A DNA stretch of 59,429 nucleotides, counting the filler. It is 6 parts of 6 records of this genome, joined end to end, with 100 filler letters (N's around TTAATTAATTAA, not from the genome) between each part and the next. Parts side by side here need not be neighbours in the genome. Positions count along the whole stretch, not along the records: positions 20,854 to 34,003 come from DRR723986_9151; positions 34,104 to 41,410 come from DRR723986_9172; 4 more parts are not named here. One strand, written 5' to 3'. Below, one piece after another: positions 29,063 through 39,881 of this stretch (the stretch's first letter is position 1; each line of letters starts with the position of its first letter). Position numbers and translations under genes: made by a program. The notes under the pieces were generated by a model, which was not told where the DNA came from, did no database searches, and was given only the letters and a program-made list of their open reading frames with translations.

Positions 29063-32000
29063 TCAATCCAGCAGCGGAACCCGCCCGGGATTCACGACCC
29101 CAAAGTTGGGAATGAAGTACTGAATAAAATCATCAGCCGAGACACTCAGATCCTGATTAAAATCGCCGGTGCGGACAACATCGTAGTTCGTTCCGCCGAG
29201 CGAAACAGTTAACATTCCATTGCTGCCGTTAACTACATTTGCCGTCTTCGTAAAGTCAACATTGTTCGCCTGGTCCTGCGTAATTGTCAGGCGCGTAGCC
29301 GAAGCAACCGCCATATGCCCACCATGCCGCACTATCACCCAATAGTCACCGCTTGTTACAGTGTTAAACGTCGCACGTAGTGTTGCGCCGGAGGACATCA
29401 GGCAACTGGTACGCGCACTTAAGACCGAAGCCGCCAGAGTTGAGCCCGAACGCAGTTCAACAATGGCCGCCGAGCGTTTATGTTTTTGTCCGTCCCACAA
29501 ACCCTGCAGGTAAACATCCACATCCACCAAGGTCTCGCCGCTAAGTGTTAACACGAGCCTATCGCTGCGATAATCGGCTGTCAGGAAATTACCGCCGCCC
29601 AGGTTTGCACCTGTGATCACATCAAAACGACCGACCCTGTCAGTATAAGTCATCAGCGTAAAGGCCTGACCGGCGCTGGGCGTAAAACCATTCAGATACT
29701 TCAGGTCGAGGGTGCCCTGCAGCGTGACGCGCCCGCCTACTTCCAACTGGTCGTGATCAACAACGGCCGTAGTTCCGCCAATTTCAGCCGTATACGTGGC
29801 TATGCTGGACTGGATTACAAACGGCCCGTCAAGACTGAGACGCCCCGGCGAAGATCCCGGAGATACATTACCAAAGAAACGCAAAGTTGTTAAGTCAGAA
29901 TTAAGTGTTCCGTGGCCTGCCAGTGTTGCACCAGTCGTAATTTCAGTTGTACCGCCGCTGATGGAAAGTGTTTGTGAAGTCTCGATTTCAAGGAGGCCTT
30001 CTGAGCGCAAAAGTCCGGATGAACCGAGTTCAATGCTGCATTCGCCGCCGCTCCCGCTCCGCCGGGCTACAATCGTACCGGTAGTGCCGCTCGAAAAGAA
30101 ACCCGCGTTACTATCCATGATAATCATGGCGTCGGCGTTGCTGCCCTGCGCATCCAGGCTTAGGTCGTTACCATTTAACAGACTGCTTTTGGCGCGCAAA
30201 ATGCCGTCACCTTCAGCCGCCGTGCCTTCTATACGAAGCTCACCGGTGAAGTCATTCGTCACCGGGAAGTTAAACTGGTTATCTCCGCGAACGCGCAGAA
30301 CTGAGTGACTCGCAATCGTTGAGCCGATAATGCAGTCCTGCACAAATAATTCCATGATGCTCACATAGGTGCTGCCGCCAAATGTTAAGTCCTGCAGCGC
30401 GAGGCGGCCATTACCGCTGAAAACCGCGGCATCGTGCACAACTTCACCGCCGTCAATCATAAAGACCTGTGGTGACGGTAGCAGCACACTGCCCGCCAGC
30501 TGGAAAACCGAGAAGTTCCCCTGATCAATTGTCAGGTTCGCAGCCGTCAGCTTAAATTCGCCAAAATTGCGAATAACGGAGGCAGGACTCACAATTGTCG
30601 CGCTCGTCAGCGGAGTCAAATCCCCCAGATTGTCAAAGGCGGCATCTGTCTTCAGGATAATTTCGCGGTCGCCGCCGGCAGTGCCGGGTCGCATGAATAT
30701 TTGACCTGTAGCCTCGTTAACTAATTCTTCGTCAATCAGAACCGAGCTGGACAAGGCCGATCCCGGCGAGACATTATCGAGGATCAGAAGCCCAAAGTTG
30801 GCAAAGGTCGAATTGACAAGCAATTGCGCAGCACCGTTACTTCCGGCCTCAACGATTATACTTGCATTCGTTGAATTAAACAGACGGTCATTAAACGTAC
30901 AGGTTCGCTCTATATGCATCAACTGCATGTTTGCTATGGTAACATTAAAAGCGGAGGTTCTGGCGCGCACCGGAACTTCGAAGGCAAAACCCGTTGGACC
31001 GTTGAAGGTTGCATTCGTAATAGTCAATAGCCCCGTGCCCAGTATTCCGCCGTTAGCATGATCAAACGTCCCGTTGTTAAGGCTGATGCTATTTCCGGTT
31101 GTTATGCCAAACAAGCCGGAGTTGCGCACATTCGCCAGGCTGTTGCCGGAGTTGATCGAAATATTGGCGCTGCTGGCCGAGAGGAATCCGCGATTGTCAA
31201 ACAATCCACCACCCGGCACCTCTATGCTGAAGTCAACGTCACCACTGACGAGCCCCATGTTTTGGAACTGCGCCGGCGCCGAAATGTTGATGCGGCGTGT
31301 ACCGCCAAGTGCCCCCTGGCGCAGACTTATCTCACCATTAGTGCAGTTGTTAATAGTTCCACCACTTATTGCTCGCAGGATTGCCGCGCGTGGAAAAACA
31401 AGGTCTGTGCCCGACATCTGCACGTCACCAATATTTTTAAACTCATCCGCAATTTGTAGAATCGCGTCACCACCGTCAGCGGCCGGCACGCCCGTAATTT
31501 TAACAATTGCGTTTGTACCGTTAAGCAGGCGTTGGTTAAAAGTTGTGATACCGATTATTGTCAGACAGTCCCTGTTGTGAAAACGCAGATCGACCGTGCT
31601 GGAGCGCATCGCTGTGTTAATCTGCGACTCAAATCTGGTTCCCTGCAGGGTTGTAAATCGAAAGTGGGCGTTCCCGGCCCCGCTCAACTGCCCGCCCGCA
31701 TAGTCAAACTTGCCATTCACTACGAGGAAGGTCGAGCCAGTTACAGTGTTTATCGTTCCGGCATTCGTAAAAGATGCGACCGCTGTTTGTGAGACTTCAA
31801 CGCTGGCTGTTGTGAGTTGTAGCGTACCCTGATTATCGAACAATGCACTGCCGTTGCTGATGATGTAAGCGGCATCATTGTTGATTTCACCGAAGTTGCG
31901 CATCACACTGTTGGCTTCAGTTCTGAGCCGGCGCGTCCCCAGGACCGTGCCCTCCAAGATTGAGATTACGCCGCTGGTGGCGTTAATAAACAACTTATTG

Positions 32001-33844
32001 CTATCTACCTGAATCGAAGAAGTGCGGCCAAACACCGGATCGGTATTTGTCAACTGAATCTTGTTTTGATTTTCACCCTGGTCTGAAATGCGCAGCAAAG
32101 CATCACCATCCGTGCTGCTCTCTACGATGCATGTGGCACTCGTGCGATTCAGGAACTTGGCATTAAACGTCACCGTATTATGGATGGACATCAAGCCATT
32201 GTTTCTGAAGTCAGTATTAAATGTGCAAGACCGAAACAGCGTAGGGGCTGAGTTAACAAACTCTGCAGAACCATTAAAGGTCACGAATTCAAAGTTTATC
32301 TGGTCAATCCCCGTGATGCGGCCGCCTGCCTGAATATAACGCCCATTGTTAAACGTGCTGACAATACCACTGGCAAGACTGATCTTTCCGGCATTCTGAA
32401 AATCTGCGGTTCCGCCCCCAACAACTTTAAGTGGGGCGAGGTTCGACACAATATTTGCAAAATTGTTAAAGTCTCCACCAGAATTGACGGTGATATTCAT
32501 TTCGGAATTGCCGTCCACGAATCCATAATTGTCAAACACACCGCCGGAGTTAATCGTCAAACGCCGCGTTCCATCTACGCTGCCTGCTTCAAAGCTGTGC
32601 GTGGCATTCGTGGAATTAATAAATTGCCCGCCATTGTTAATGCGCAGTGTTACAGTCCGCCCCTGCGGCGCGGCCTGATTGATAAGCGCAAATTCACCGA
32701 AATTATCATATCGGCTATTTAAGGTCAAATCCGCATCACCGTCAATACTTCCGAGTACGCGTACCAGAGAAGACGTTGCGCTGGTTACCGGCGCACTGAA
32801 AGTCACTGTGTTACGAATATCCAGCTGGACTTTAACTTCCACAGGCGCGGTACTTGTTGCTGAACGCAGTGTTGTCAGCAAGTTCGGCGCAAAGGGCTGT
32901 GTGCCTTTGATATCTACAAATTGACAAAACAGCGTCCCGTCACCATTATACGAGCCGCCGCGATGTTCCATGTTGCCATTGCCAATGAACAGCCGGCGGT
33001 TCAGGTCAATGTTAATCGTGCCACTGTGAAACATATCGGCGCTGGAACTTTGGTTAATACTTAGATTACCACCAGTAACATTGATAGTCCCAAAGTTTGA
33101 GAAGTCGGAACTACTCGCTGGGTCGATCTCCGACTCCACAGCAAAATTCATCGTGCCAAAGTTTTCAAACTCGGCACTGCTTTCAAAGACAATCTCACGC
33201 GTTCCGTCAACCGTGCCGGTAACAGCATCAATTGTCGCACCAGTACCGTTTATAAATTTCTCGTTACTTAGAACTCGCAGGCGCGCATCACGTACGGAGC
33301 CGCCATCGGAGTTTAACATCCGGATTTCGCCCAGGTTTTCAAAATCACCCCCAACGCGCAGCTGCGCATCTCCGGAGCTTGAACCTTCCACCGCAAAACG
33401 GCCACTCAATTGATTAAAGAAGGGCAGGTCAATCGTTACCGTCTGCAGTACTGCAAAACTACCGTGATTATCTAGCGTTCCGGTTCCGTTGATGGTGGCG
33501 TTGCGCGCGCGCACTTCGCCAAAATCGCTGATTTCGCTGGCAGACGAAATGTTAAGTGTGCGATTTATAAGACTCAGAGTTTGTGTTCCACTTAGTGCCC
33601 CAATTGTTAAACTGTTTATTTCCACATTTGCGGCATCAAGCGTAACGGTATACGTGCCGGTACTCACAATAAAAACGTCGTCACCGCTGCCGGGTATTGC
33701 GCCGGTACTCCAATTTGCGCCTACATCCCAGTCACCGCCGGCGGTATTGGTCCAGAACACATCGGCACAAAAAGCCGACGAAGTAAGGCTGAGCAGACAA
33801 AGAACAAGTCCAATGACATAATGAATGCGGGTACAACATTTCAT
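29063..33844 (-). CDS. Giant secreted beta-helix repeat protein, paralog 2
   Basis: ~1590 aa, collinear with 21216-26000 along its full length; signal peptide (..SAFC-AD); same C-terminus ...VPLLD; start may be 33871. Confidence 0.75.
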   Translation of the reverse strand: MKCCTRIHYVIGLVLCLLSLTSSAFCADVFWTNTAGGDWDVGANWSTGAIPGSGDDVFIVSTGTYTVTLDAANVEINSLTIGALSGTQTLSLINRTLNISSASEISDFGEVRARNATINGTGTLDNHGSFAVLQTVTIDLPFFNQLSGRFAVEGSSSGDAQLRVGGDFENLGEIRMLNSDGGSVRDARLRVLSNEKFINGTGATIDAVTGTVDGTREIVFESSAEFENFGTMNFAVESEIDPASSSDFSNFGTINVTGGNLSINQSSSADMFHSGTINIDLNRRLFIGNGNMEHRGGSYNGDGTLFCQFVDIKGTQPFAPNLLTTLRSATSTAPVEVKVQLDIRNTVTFSAPVTSATSSLVRVLGSIDGDADLTLNSRYDNFGEFALINQAAPQGRTVTLRINNGGQFINSTNATHSFEAGSVDGTRRLTINSGGVFDNYGFVDGNSEMNITVNSGGDFNNFANIVSNLAPLKVVGGGTADFQNAGKISLASGIVSTFNNGRYIQAGGRITGIDQINFEFVTFNGSAEFVNSAPTLFRSCTFNTDFRNNGLMSIHNTVTFNAKFLNRTSATCIVESSTDGDALLRISDQGENQNKIQLTNTDPVFGRTSSIQVDSNKLFINATSGVISILEGTVLGTRRLRTEANSVMRNFGEINNDAAYIISNGSALFDNQGTLQLTTASVEVSQTAVASFTNAGTINTVTGSTFLVVNGKFDYAGGQLSGAGNAHFRFTTLQGTRFESQINTAMRSSTVDLRFHNRDCLTIIGITTFNQRLLNGTNAIVKITGVPAADGGDAILQIADEFKNIGDVQMSGTDLVFPRAAILRAISGGTINNCTNGEISLRQGALGGTRRINISAPAQFQNMGLVSGDVDFSIEVPGGGLFDNRGFLSASSANISINSGNSLANVRNSGLFGITTGNSISLNNGTFDHANGGILGTGLLTITNATFNGPTGFAFEVPVRARTSAFNVTIANMQLMHIERTCTFNDRLFNSTNASIIVEAGSNGAAQLLVNSTFANFGLLILDNVSPGSALSSSVLIDEELVNEATGQIFMRPGTAGGDREIILKTDAAFDNLGDLTPLTSATIVSPASVIRNFGEFKLTAANLTIDQGNFSVFQLAGSVLLPSPQVFMIDGGEVVHDAAVFSGNGRLALQDLTFGGSTYVSIMELFVQDCIIGSTIASHSVLRVRGDNQFNFPVTNDFTGELRIEGTAAEGDGILRAKSSLLNGNDLSLDAQGSNADAMIIMDSNAGFFSSGTTGTIVARRSGSGGECSIELGSSGLLRSEGLLEIETSQTLSISGGTTEITTGATLAGHGTLNSDLTTLRFFGNVSPGSSPGRLSLDGPFVIQSSIATYTAEIGGTTAVVDHDQLEVGGRVTLQGTLDLKYLNGFTPSAGQAFTLMTYTDRVGRFDVITGANLGGGNFLTADYRSDRLVLTLSGETLVDVDVYLQGLWDGQKHKRSAAIVELRSGSTLAASVLSARTSCLMSSGATLRATFNTVTSGDYWVIVRHGGHMAVASATRLTITQDQANNVDFTKTANVVNGSNGMLTVSLGGTNYDVVRTGDFNQDLSVSADDFIQYFIPNFGVVNPGRVPLLD

Positions 33845-33965
33845 TGTGATTTCCGGAGTTTGGTTCTGCAATGCGTTTGAGCTTACTCTAATCTATCGGC
33901 AATTCTGCCGGAACAATAATCAGTAAAACTACGCAAAGATCGATGCAAAACTCCCATTTCGTCAT

Positions 33966-34003
33966 TTTTTGCCAGTTTTTGCTAGTTTTTGCTAGTTTTT
34001 GCT
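33966..34003. repeat. 10-bp tandem repeat (TTTTTGCTAG)n running into the gap
   Basis: tttttgccag tttttgctag tttttgctag tttttgct. Confidence 0.85.
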
Positions 34004-34103
34004 NNNNNNNNNNNNNNNNNNNNNNNNNNNNNNNNNNNNNNNNNNNNTTAATTAATTAANNNNNNNNNNNNNNNNNNNNNNNNNNNNNNNNNNNNNNNNN
34101 NNN
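34004..34103. other. Artificial contig spacer
   Basis: 44 N + TTAATTAATTAA + 44 N. Confidence 0.99.
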
Positions 34104-34210
34104 TGACCGTCACCGTCATTCGTGGCAACGTGCTTTTCGAGTTTGCAGCCGCCCAGGCCGGCGGCAACTGCAAAAACTAACAACAGGGAAGGAACTGCGC
34201 CGCGATCCAC
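34104..34210 (-). CDS. Lipoprotein N-terminus (probably DUF2291 family), truncated by gap; not in ORF track
   Basis: AAGGAGG then GTG: MDRGAVPSLLLVFAVAAGLGG-CKLEKH (lipobox LGGC); family inferred from position after an apiose-type binding protein. Confidence 0.65.
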
Positions 34211-34281
34211 TGTGCAACCTCCTTGAACAGAACCCTTCCGGCGGTATCCGGCAGGACTTTTTCAGGTTTTCGTGGGAAAGA

Positions 34282-34314
34282 TCACACTGCGGCGGAGCAT
34301 CCGCCGCGGTGTGA
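34282..34314 (-). promoter_or_regulatory. Intercistronic stem-loop after the binding-protein gene
   Basis: tcacactgcggcgga-gca-tccgccgcggtgtga, 15-bp stem with one non-canonical pair. Confidence 0.6.
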
Positions 34315-34322
34315 CAAAGGGC

Positions 34323-35282
<960 letters not shown>

Positions 35283-35371
35283 TCAATCTCGTGCCAGGTC
35301 CCGCGGGGTCCCTCCAAGACCCCGACGGCACCAATCTGAACGTTCGCCATACGAGATGGCGGACCGCTCAA

Positions 35372-36196
35372 TCAGGTGATCTGCCGGATGCTTTCCCTGA
35401 TTTCGTCCGGCTTGAACACGCCGATCCAGTCGTCTCGCATGAGACGTTTCTTGCCATTGGTGATGGCCTTGTTGCAGGCATCGGAGAAGACGCCGTCGAC
35501 TTCTTCCATGACGACCGCCCCAAGAATATTCATGTGTCCCAGAAGAAAGTCCCGGGCCGCCACAGGGTCGACCCCTCGCCGGATGACTTCATCCATTGCT
35601 TCCTTCATCACAACGAGAAGGGTCGCGCAGACGGTTTCGGACAGGCCCGGCTCCAGGAGCGCCATTTGTTCCACCGAGACCCGGTGCGAACGCAGGATCG
35701 GCTGAAAAATGGTTTTCGCGATCTCCTCCCCGATTGCATAGTCCTCTTCCGGACCCTGCATGAGGGCGTTCACGATCGCCTGTTTGGCAGCAATACCGCC
35801 GAAATAGTCGCGTTTCGCAGGCAATTGCGTTTCATCGTTGAATATCGGCGGATGGCAGGGATGGGTGACGAAATAGGTCACGTCCTTGCGCTCTGGAAAG
35901 TGCCCCGCAAAGGGGGCAGCTGCATCCAGTGCGATCAGCATCGTTCCTGGCGCAAGCTTGTCGATGATGCCTTTCGCCACCGTCCGGATCGCAGTGTCCG
36001 GCACAGCAAGAATAACCGCACGTGCGTCTTCAAGCGCGGCGTCGACGTCGACACAGTCGACGCCGACTTCCGCCTTCAGCCGGTCTCTGCCTGCATCGCT
36101 GACTTCCACATGGGCAACGTTGAAACGGGAGCTTTTCAGGTTCTGGGAGAGCCGCACTCCCATTTTCCCCCCCGCACCGATGAGAGCGATTTTCAT
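35372..36196 (-). CDS. apnO: D-apionate oxidoisomerase
   Basis: GAGGKMG Rossmann, LAVPD, HPCHPP, LEPGLSET, FSDAC; context with RLP and kinase. Confidence 0.8.
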   Translation of the reverse strand: MKIALIGAGGKMGVRLSQNLKSSRFNVAHVEVSDAGRDRLKAEVGVDCVDVDAALEDARAVILAVPDTAIRTVAKGIIDKLAPGTMLIALDAAAPFAGHFPERKDVTYFVTHPCHPPIFNDETQLPAKRDYFGGIAAKQAIVNALMQGPEEDYAIGEEIAKTIFQPILRSHRVSVEQMALLEPGLSETVCATLLVVMKEAMDEVIRRGVDPVAARDFLLGHMNILGAVVMEEVDGVFSDACNKAITNGKKRLMRDDWIGVFKPDEIRESIRQIT

Positions 36197-36245
36197 GTGT
36201 CCTCCAAATTTGTTGCGCAAATAAATTCACATACAAATCATGTTG

Positions 36246-36266
36246 TCAACTGGTATGATAAGTTGA
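36246..36266. promoter_or_regulatory. Candidate operator in the divergent apnO/RLP promoter
   Basis: TCAACT-N9-AGTTGA inverted repeat containing TGGTATGA (GntR/FadR-like core). Confidence 0.45.
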
Positions 36267-36312
36267 TAGTCATATAAGCAATGCGCAACCTGGAACAGGA
36301 CAGAGGACGGGA

Positions 36313-37581
36313 ATGGGGAGGCTCTTTGCAACATATGATCTTGAAACACCGACAACTCTGGAGCGGGCCGCCGAGGTAATCGCAGGTGAACAATCCTCGG
36401 GAACATTCCTGAAGCTGCCGGGTGAAACAGACCGGTTAAAAGAGCTCTCCGGGGCAAGGGTCGAGCGGGTCACGGCAACATCGAGCAGCAGGGTTCCCTC
36501 GCTGCCGTGCCGGATCAGTGCGGAGACCTACACGCGCGGCGAGGTCGTTCTTTCCTGGCCGCTCGAGAACATGGGCACATCCCTTCCCAACGTCCTGGCA
36601 ACCGTTGCCGGCAACCTTTTCGAACTGGCAGACGTGTCCGCGCTTCGCCTGACGGACATTACCTTTCCTGAAGAATTTGCCGTGGCGTATCCGGGTCCGG
36701 CCTACGGCCGGCAGGGAACTCTGGCGCTTGCCGGTGTCAGAGACCGGCCGATGATCGGCACGATCATCAAACCAAGCGTCGGTCTCTCACCTGCCGAAAC
36801 AGCGTCTCTTGTCGGAAAACTCGCCGACGGTGGAATCGATTTCATCAAGGATGATGAATTGCAGGCGAACGGGCCTCACTGCCCGTTCGAGGATCGCCTG
36901 AACGAAGTCATGAAAGTCATCAATTCGCATGCGGACCGCACCGGCAGGAAGGTGATGTACGCCTTCAACATCACCGACGAGCTGGACGTGATGCGCCGTA
37001 ATGCCGACCTCCTGCAACAAGCCGGCGGCACCTGTGCGATGGTCAGCCTGTTTTCACTTGGCCTTACGGGCCTGACCGCCATCCGGCGGCACGTTGATCT
37101 TCCACTTCATTGCCACAGAAACGGTTGGGGCATCTATTCCAGATCGCCGGATATCGGCATCTCGTTTCGTGTCTGGCAGAAGTTCTGGAGGCTCGCCGGA
37201 GCGGATCATCTGCATGTCAACGGGATCGCGAACAAATTCACAGAGGCCGACACCACGGTTATCGAAAACGCCCGCTCTCTCGATGATCCCTTGTCAGAAG
37301 AGCGCGGATATCAGGCGATGCCGGTTTTCTCGTCGGGTCAGACAGCCGTTCAAATGGAAGAGACCTGCCGGGCCGTAGGGCACACCGACTTCATCTATTG
37401 TGCCGGGGGCGGGATCATGGGACATCCCGGCGGTGTTGCCGGCGGTGTCGCCAGCCTGAAGCAGGCTGCAGAGGCCGCCGTTGGCGGAATTCCGGCACAT
37501 GTTTTCGCGAAAGATCACAAGGAACTTTCCGAGGCCCTGGACCTGTTCGGCAAAAAAGACGGCACCGGAGCAAGGAAATGA
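36313..37581 (+). CDS. oiaX: RuBisCO-like protein (form IV); probable 3-oxo-isoapionate-4-phosphate decarboxylase (OiaX) or transcarboxylase/hydrolase (OiaT)
   Basis: AGEQSSGTF, GTIIKPSVGL, GGIDFIKDDE, HRNG, SSGQ, GGGIMGHP; no small subunit; flanked by apnO and kinase. Confidence 0.72.
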   Translation: MGRLFATYDLETPTTLERAAEVIAGEQSSGTFLKLPGETDRLKELSGARVERVTATSSSRVPSLPCRISAETYTRGEVVLSWPLENMGTSLPNVLATVAGNLFELADVSALRLTDITFPEEFAVAYPGPAYGRQGTLALAGVRDRPMIGTIIKPSVGLSPAETASLVGKLADGGIDFIKDDELQANGPHCPFEDRLNEVMKVINSHADRTGRKVMYAFNITDELDVMRRNADLLQQAGGTCAMVSLFSLGLTGLTAIRRHVDLPLHCHRNGWGIYSRSPDIGISFRVWQKFWRLAGADHLHVNGIANKFTEADTTVIENARSLDDPLSEERGYQAMPVFSSGQTAVQMEETCRAVGHTDFIYCAGGGIMGHPGGVAGGVASLKQAAEAAVGGIPAHVFAKDHKELSEALDLFGKKDGTGARK

Positions 37582-38903
37582 CCGGCGATCTTTTCATTTC
37601 CTATTACGGTGACGATTTCACCGGATCGACGGACGTGATGGAAGCCCTGACAACCGGAGGCGTCGAAACCGTCCTGTTCACGTCAATCCCGGGTGAAAAA
37701 CAGCTCGAAAAGTTCAAGCATTGTCGAGCGGTCGGCCTGGCAGGCATCAGCCGTAGCCAGACACCCGAGTGGATGTCGGAGCACCTACCGGCGATTTTCT
37801 CCTGGCTGTGGACGCTCGATGCGCGTTTCTGCCACTACAAGACCTGCTCGACCTTCGACAGTTCGCCGCAGAAGGGCTCCATCGGCCGTGCCCTGGAAAT
37901 CGGCCTGGAAACGTTCAGCCAGAAACGGACAGCAGTTGTGGTCGGGGCTCCTCAGCTTCGGCGCTACACCTATTTCGGCAATTTGTTCGCGGCTTACCGG
38001 GATGAAGTCTACAGAATAGACAGACATCCCGTGATGAGCAGGCACCCGGCAACTCCGATGCACGAAGCGGATCTGGTAAAACACCTGTCAGGGCAAACGA
38101 ACCTGCCCTTTGAATACCTGACCCCGCTGGACGGTTCCATCGCCGCCAAGCACGGCAAGGTCCCGGACATCGGCCAGGTGCGCAACCCCAATCTCCTGAT
38201 AGATGTTTACGACAGCCTGTCTCAGGTGGCCGCGGGAAGTTATCTCGAAGAAAGCAGGCAGGATCTGGGTCCATTCATTGCCGGCTCGTCCGGCGTTGAA
38301 TACGCCCTCTTGCACAAATGGCGCGAACTTGGCCTGCTGCGGCCAACGAAATCTTCTCCGCCCCTGACGTCCAAATCCCGTATCGCTGTTGTTTCAGGAA
38401 GCTGCTCACCAACTACCGCGCGCCAAATCGAAACCGCGGAAAATTTGGGTTTCAGGGGCATCGAAGTCGATTTCAATGCACTGGCAACCGGCCACGGTAT
38501 CAAGCAGGAATTCGAACGCGTGCTGCAGATCGCTTCCGAGGCGCTCGAAACCGGGCAAAGTCCTATCCTGTACACCGCCAAAGGTAAGACCACCGAACAG
38601 GTAACAGGGTCCTTGAACCTCGATCAGGTCGGCAAAACCCTCGGCCGCCTTCTGGCAACCCTCAAGGACCGGCATGGTCTCGAGCGTGTTGCCGTAGCCG
38701 GTGGTGACACATCGAGCCACGCTCTGGCGGAACTGGACATTTTCGCCCTGACACTCCGCCAGGCCATCCCGACCACACCCGGTTCGCCAGTGTGCACCGC
38801 GCATACCCGCGGAGGATCAGAACTCGAAATTGCGCTAAAGGGCGGCCAGATCGGAAATGACAGCTATTTTGCAGATCTTCGAGACGGCACGTTCAAGCCC
38901 TGA
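37578..38903 (+). CDS. oiaK: Four-carbon acid sugar kinase family; probable 3-oxo-isoapionate kinase
   Basis: YYGDDFTGSTD, YKTCSTFDS, SGSCS, AGGDTS, LKGGQIG; ATGA overlap with RLP. Confidence 0.8.
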   Translation: MTGDLFISYYGDDFTGSTDVMEALTTGGVETVLFTSIPGEKQLEKFKHCRAVGLAGISRSQTPEWMSEHLPAIFSWLWTLDARFCHYKTCSTFDSSPQKGSIGRALEIGLETFSQKRTAVVVGAPQLRRYTYFGNLFAAYRDEVYRIDRHPVMSRHPATPMHEADLVKHLSGQTNLPFEYLTPLDGSIAAKHGKVPDIGQVRNPNLLIDVYDSLSQVAAGSYLEESRQDLGPFIAGSSGVEYALLHKWRELGLLRPTKSSPPLTSKSRIAVVSGSCSPTTARQIETAENLGFRGIEVDFNALATGHGIKQEFERVLQIASEALETGQSPILYTAKGKTTEQVTGSLNLDQVGKTLGRLLATLKDRHGLERVAVAGGDTSSHALAELDIFALTLRQAIPTTPGSPVCTAHTRGGSELEIALKGGQIGNDSYFADLRDGTFKP

Positions 38904-39184
38904 CGACCAAGGCGGGAAAGCAATTGCGTGGTCGCTTTCCGTGCTGAAACCGCCCAAATGAAGCCCCACTCACGGTGGAGTTTCCACGGGGGTATGTCGG
39001 TGGAGTTACGGTTCCCTGACACCAGGCAAGCGGCGGCAACCTGCCATGAAAAGCCGCATGGTCCTTTCATCGCCACAACCTTTGATATATTTCCGTGGAG
39101 AGTTCCCGGCCATATCAACAGGTCACGGGCTAACGCTGGCCGCAAATCCAAAATGAAGAATGCAAGCAAGAGGGCTAACAACCG

Positions 39185-39811
39185 ATGCCGATGATCACGG
39201 ATCCGGAGGATTTTTTTACCAAGGGCTGTGGTCGTTGTGAACGCTTTGAAACACCTGACTGTTCAACCCGTCCCTGGATCGACGGTCTGAGGCATCTGCG
39301 CCGTATCTGCCTTGACATGGAACTGGAGGAAACCGTCAAGTGGGGGCATCCCACCTATATGCACGCTGGCCGAAACATAGCGATTTTTGGGGCGTTTCGC
39401 AGCGATTTTCGTCTGAGTTTCATGAACGCCGGTCTCCTGAATGACACGGAAAATGTGCTTGAACCACAGGGACCGAACGCTCGTACACCGAGCATAATCC
39501 GCTTTGCCGATGTAGCCCTGGTTGAAAAGATGGAACCAGTGATCCGTGCGTACCTTCGGCAACTTATGGAGCATGCGGAAAAAGGCACGAAGCCACCAAA
39601 GGTACGAACGGAAATTGACATGCCGGATGAATTGGCTGAGGCCCTGCAAACGGACCGGGAGCTGGCCGATGCATTTTATGCGCTCACGCCGGGTCGGCAA
39701 AGAAGCTACATGTTCAATCTTAACCAGGCCAAACAGTCCGCAACACGTGTCGCTCGAATCGAGAAGTTCCGCCACAAGATCATTTCCGGCAAGGGCGCCA
39801 TGGAACGTTAG
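39185..39811 (+). CDS. YdeI/OmpD-associated family protein
   Basis: ETVKWGHPTY, FYALTPGRQRSY, AKQSATRVARIEK. Confidence 0.85.
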   Translation: MPMITDPEDFFTKGCGRCERFETPDCSTRPWIDGLRHLRRICLDMELEETVKWGHPTYMHAGRNIAIFGAFRSDFRLSFMNAGLLNDTENVLEPQGPNARTPSIIRFADVALVEKMEPVIRAYLRQLMEHAEKGTKPPKVRTEIDMPDELAEALQTDRELADAFYALTPGRQRSYMFNLNQAKQSATRVARIEKFRHKIISGKGAMER

Positions 39812-39881
39812 AATGTGCGGCCACAGCTCTGGAACCGTTGCGGACGTCCAAGTCTATCCAGACGTTTTTTCTCGATTGCCG

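Noticed and set aside
21216-33871. Giant proteins as classical autotransporters or DGR targets
   Set aside because: No C-terminal beta-barrel or terminal aromatic residue. No reverse transcriptase, and paralog differences are not adenine-specific.
36313-37581. RuBisCO as evidence of carbon fixation
   Set aside because: Short form IV-like sequence, no cbbS or prk, and catabolic context.
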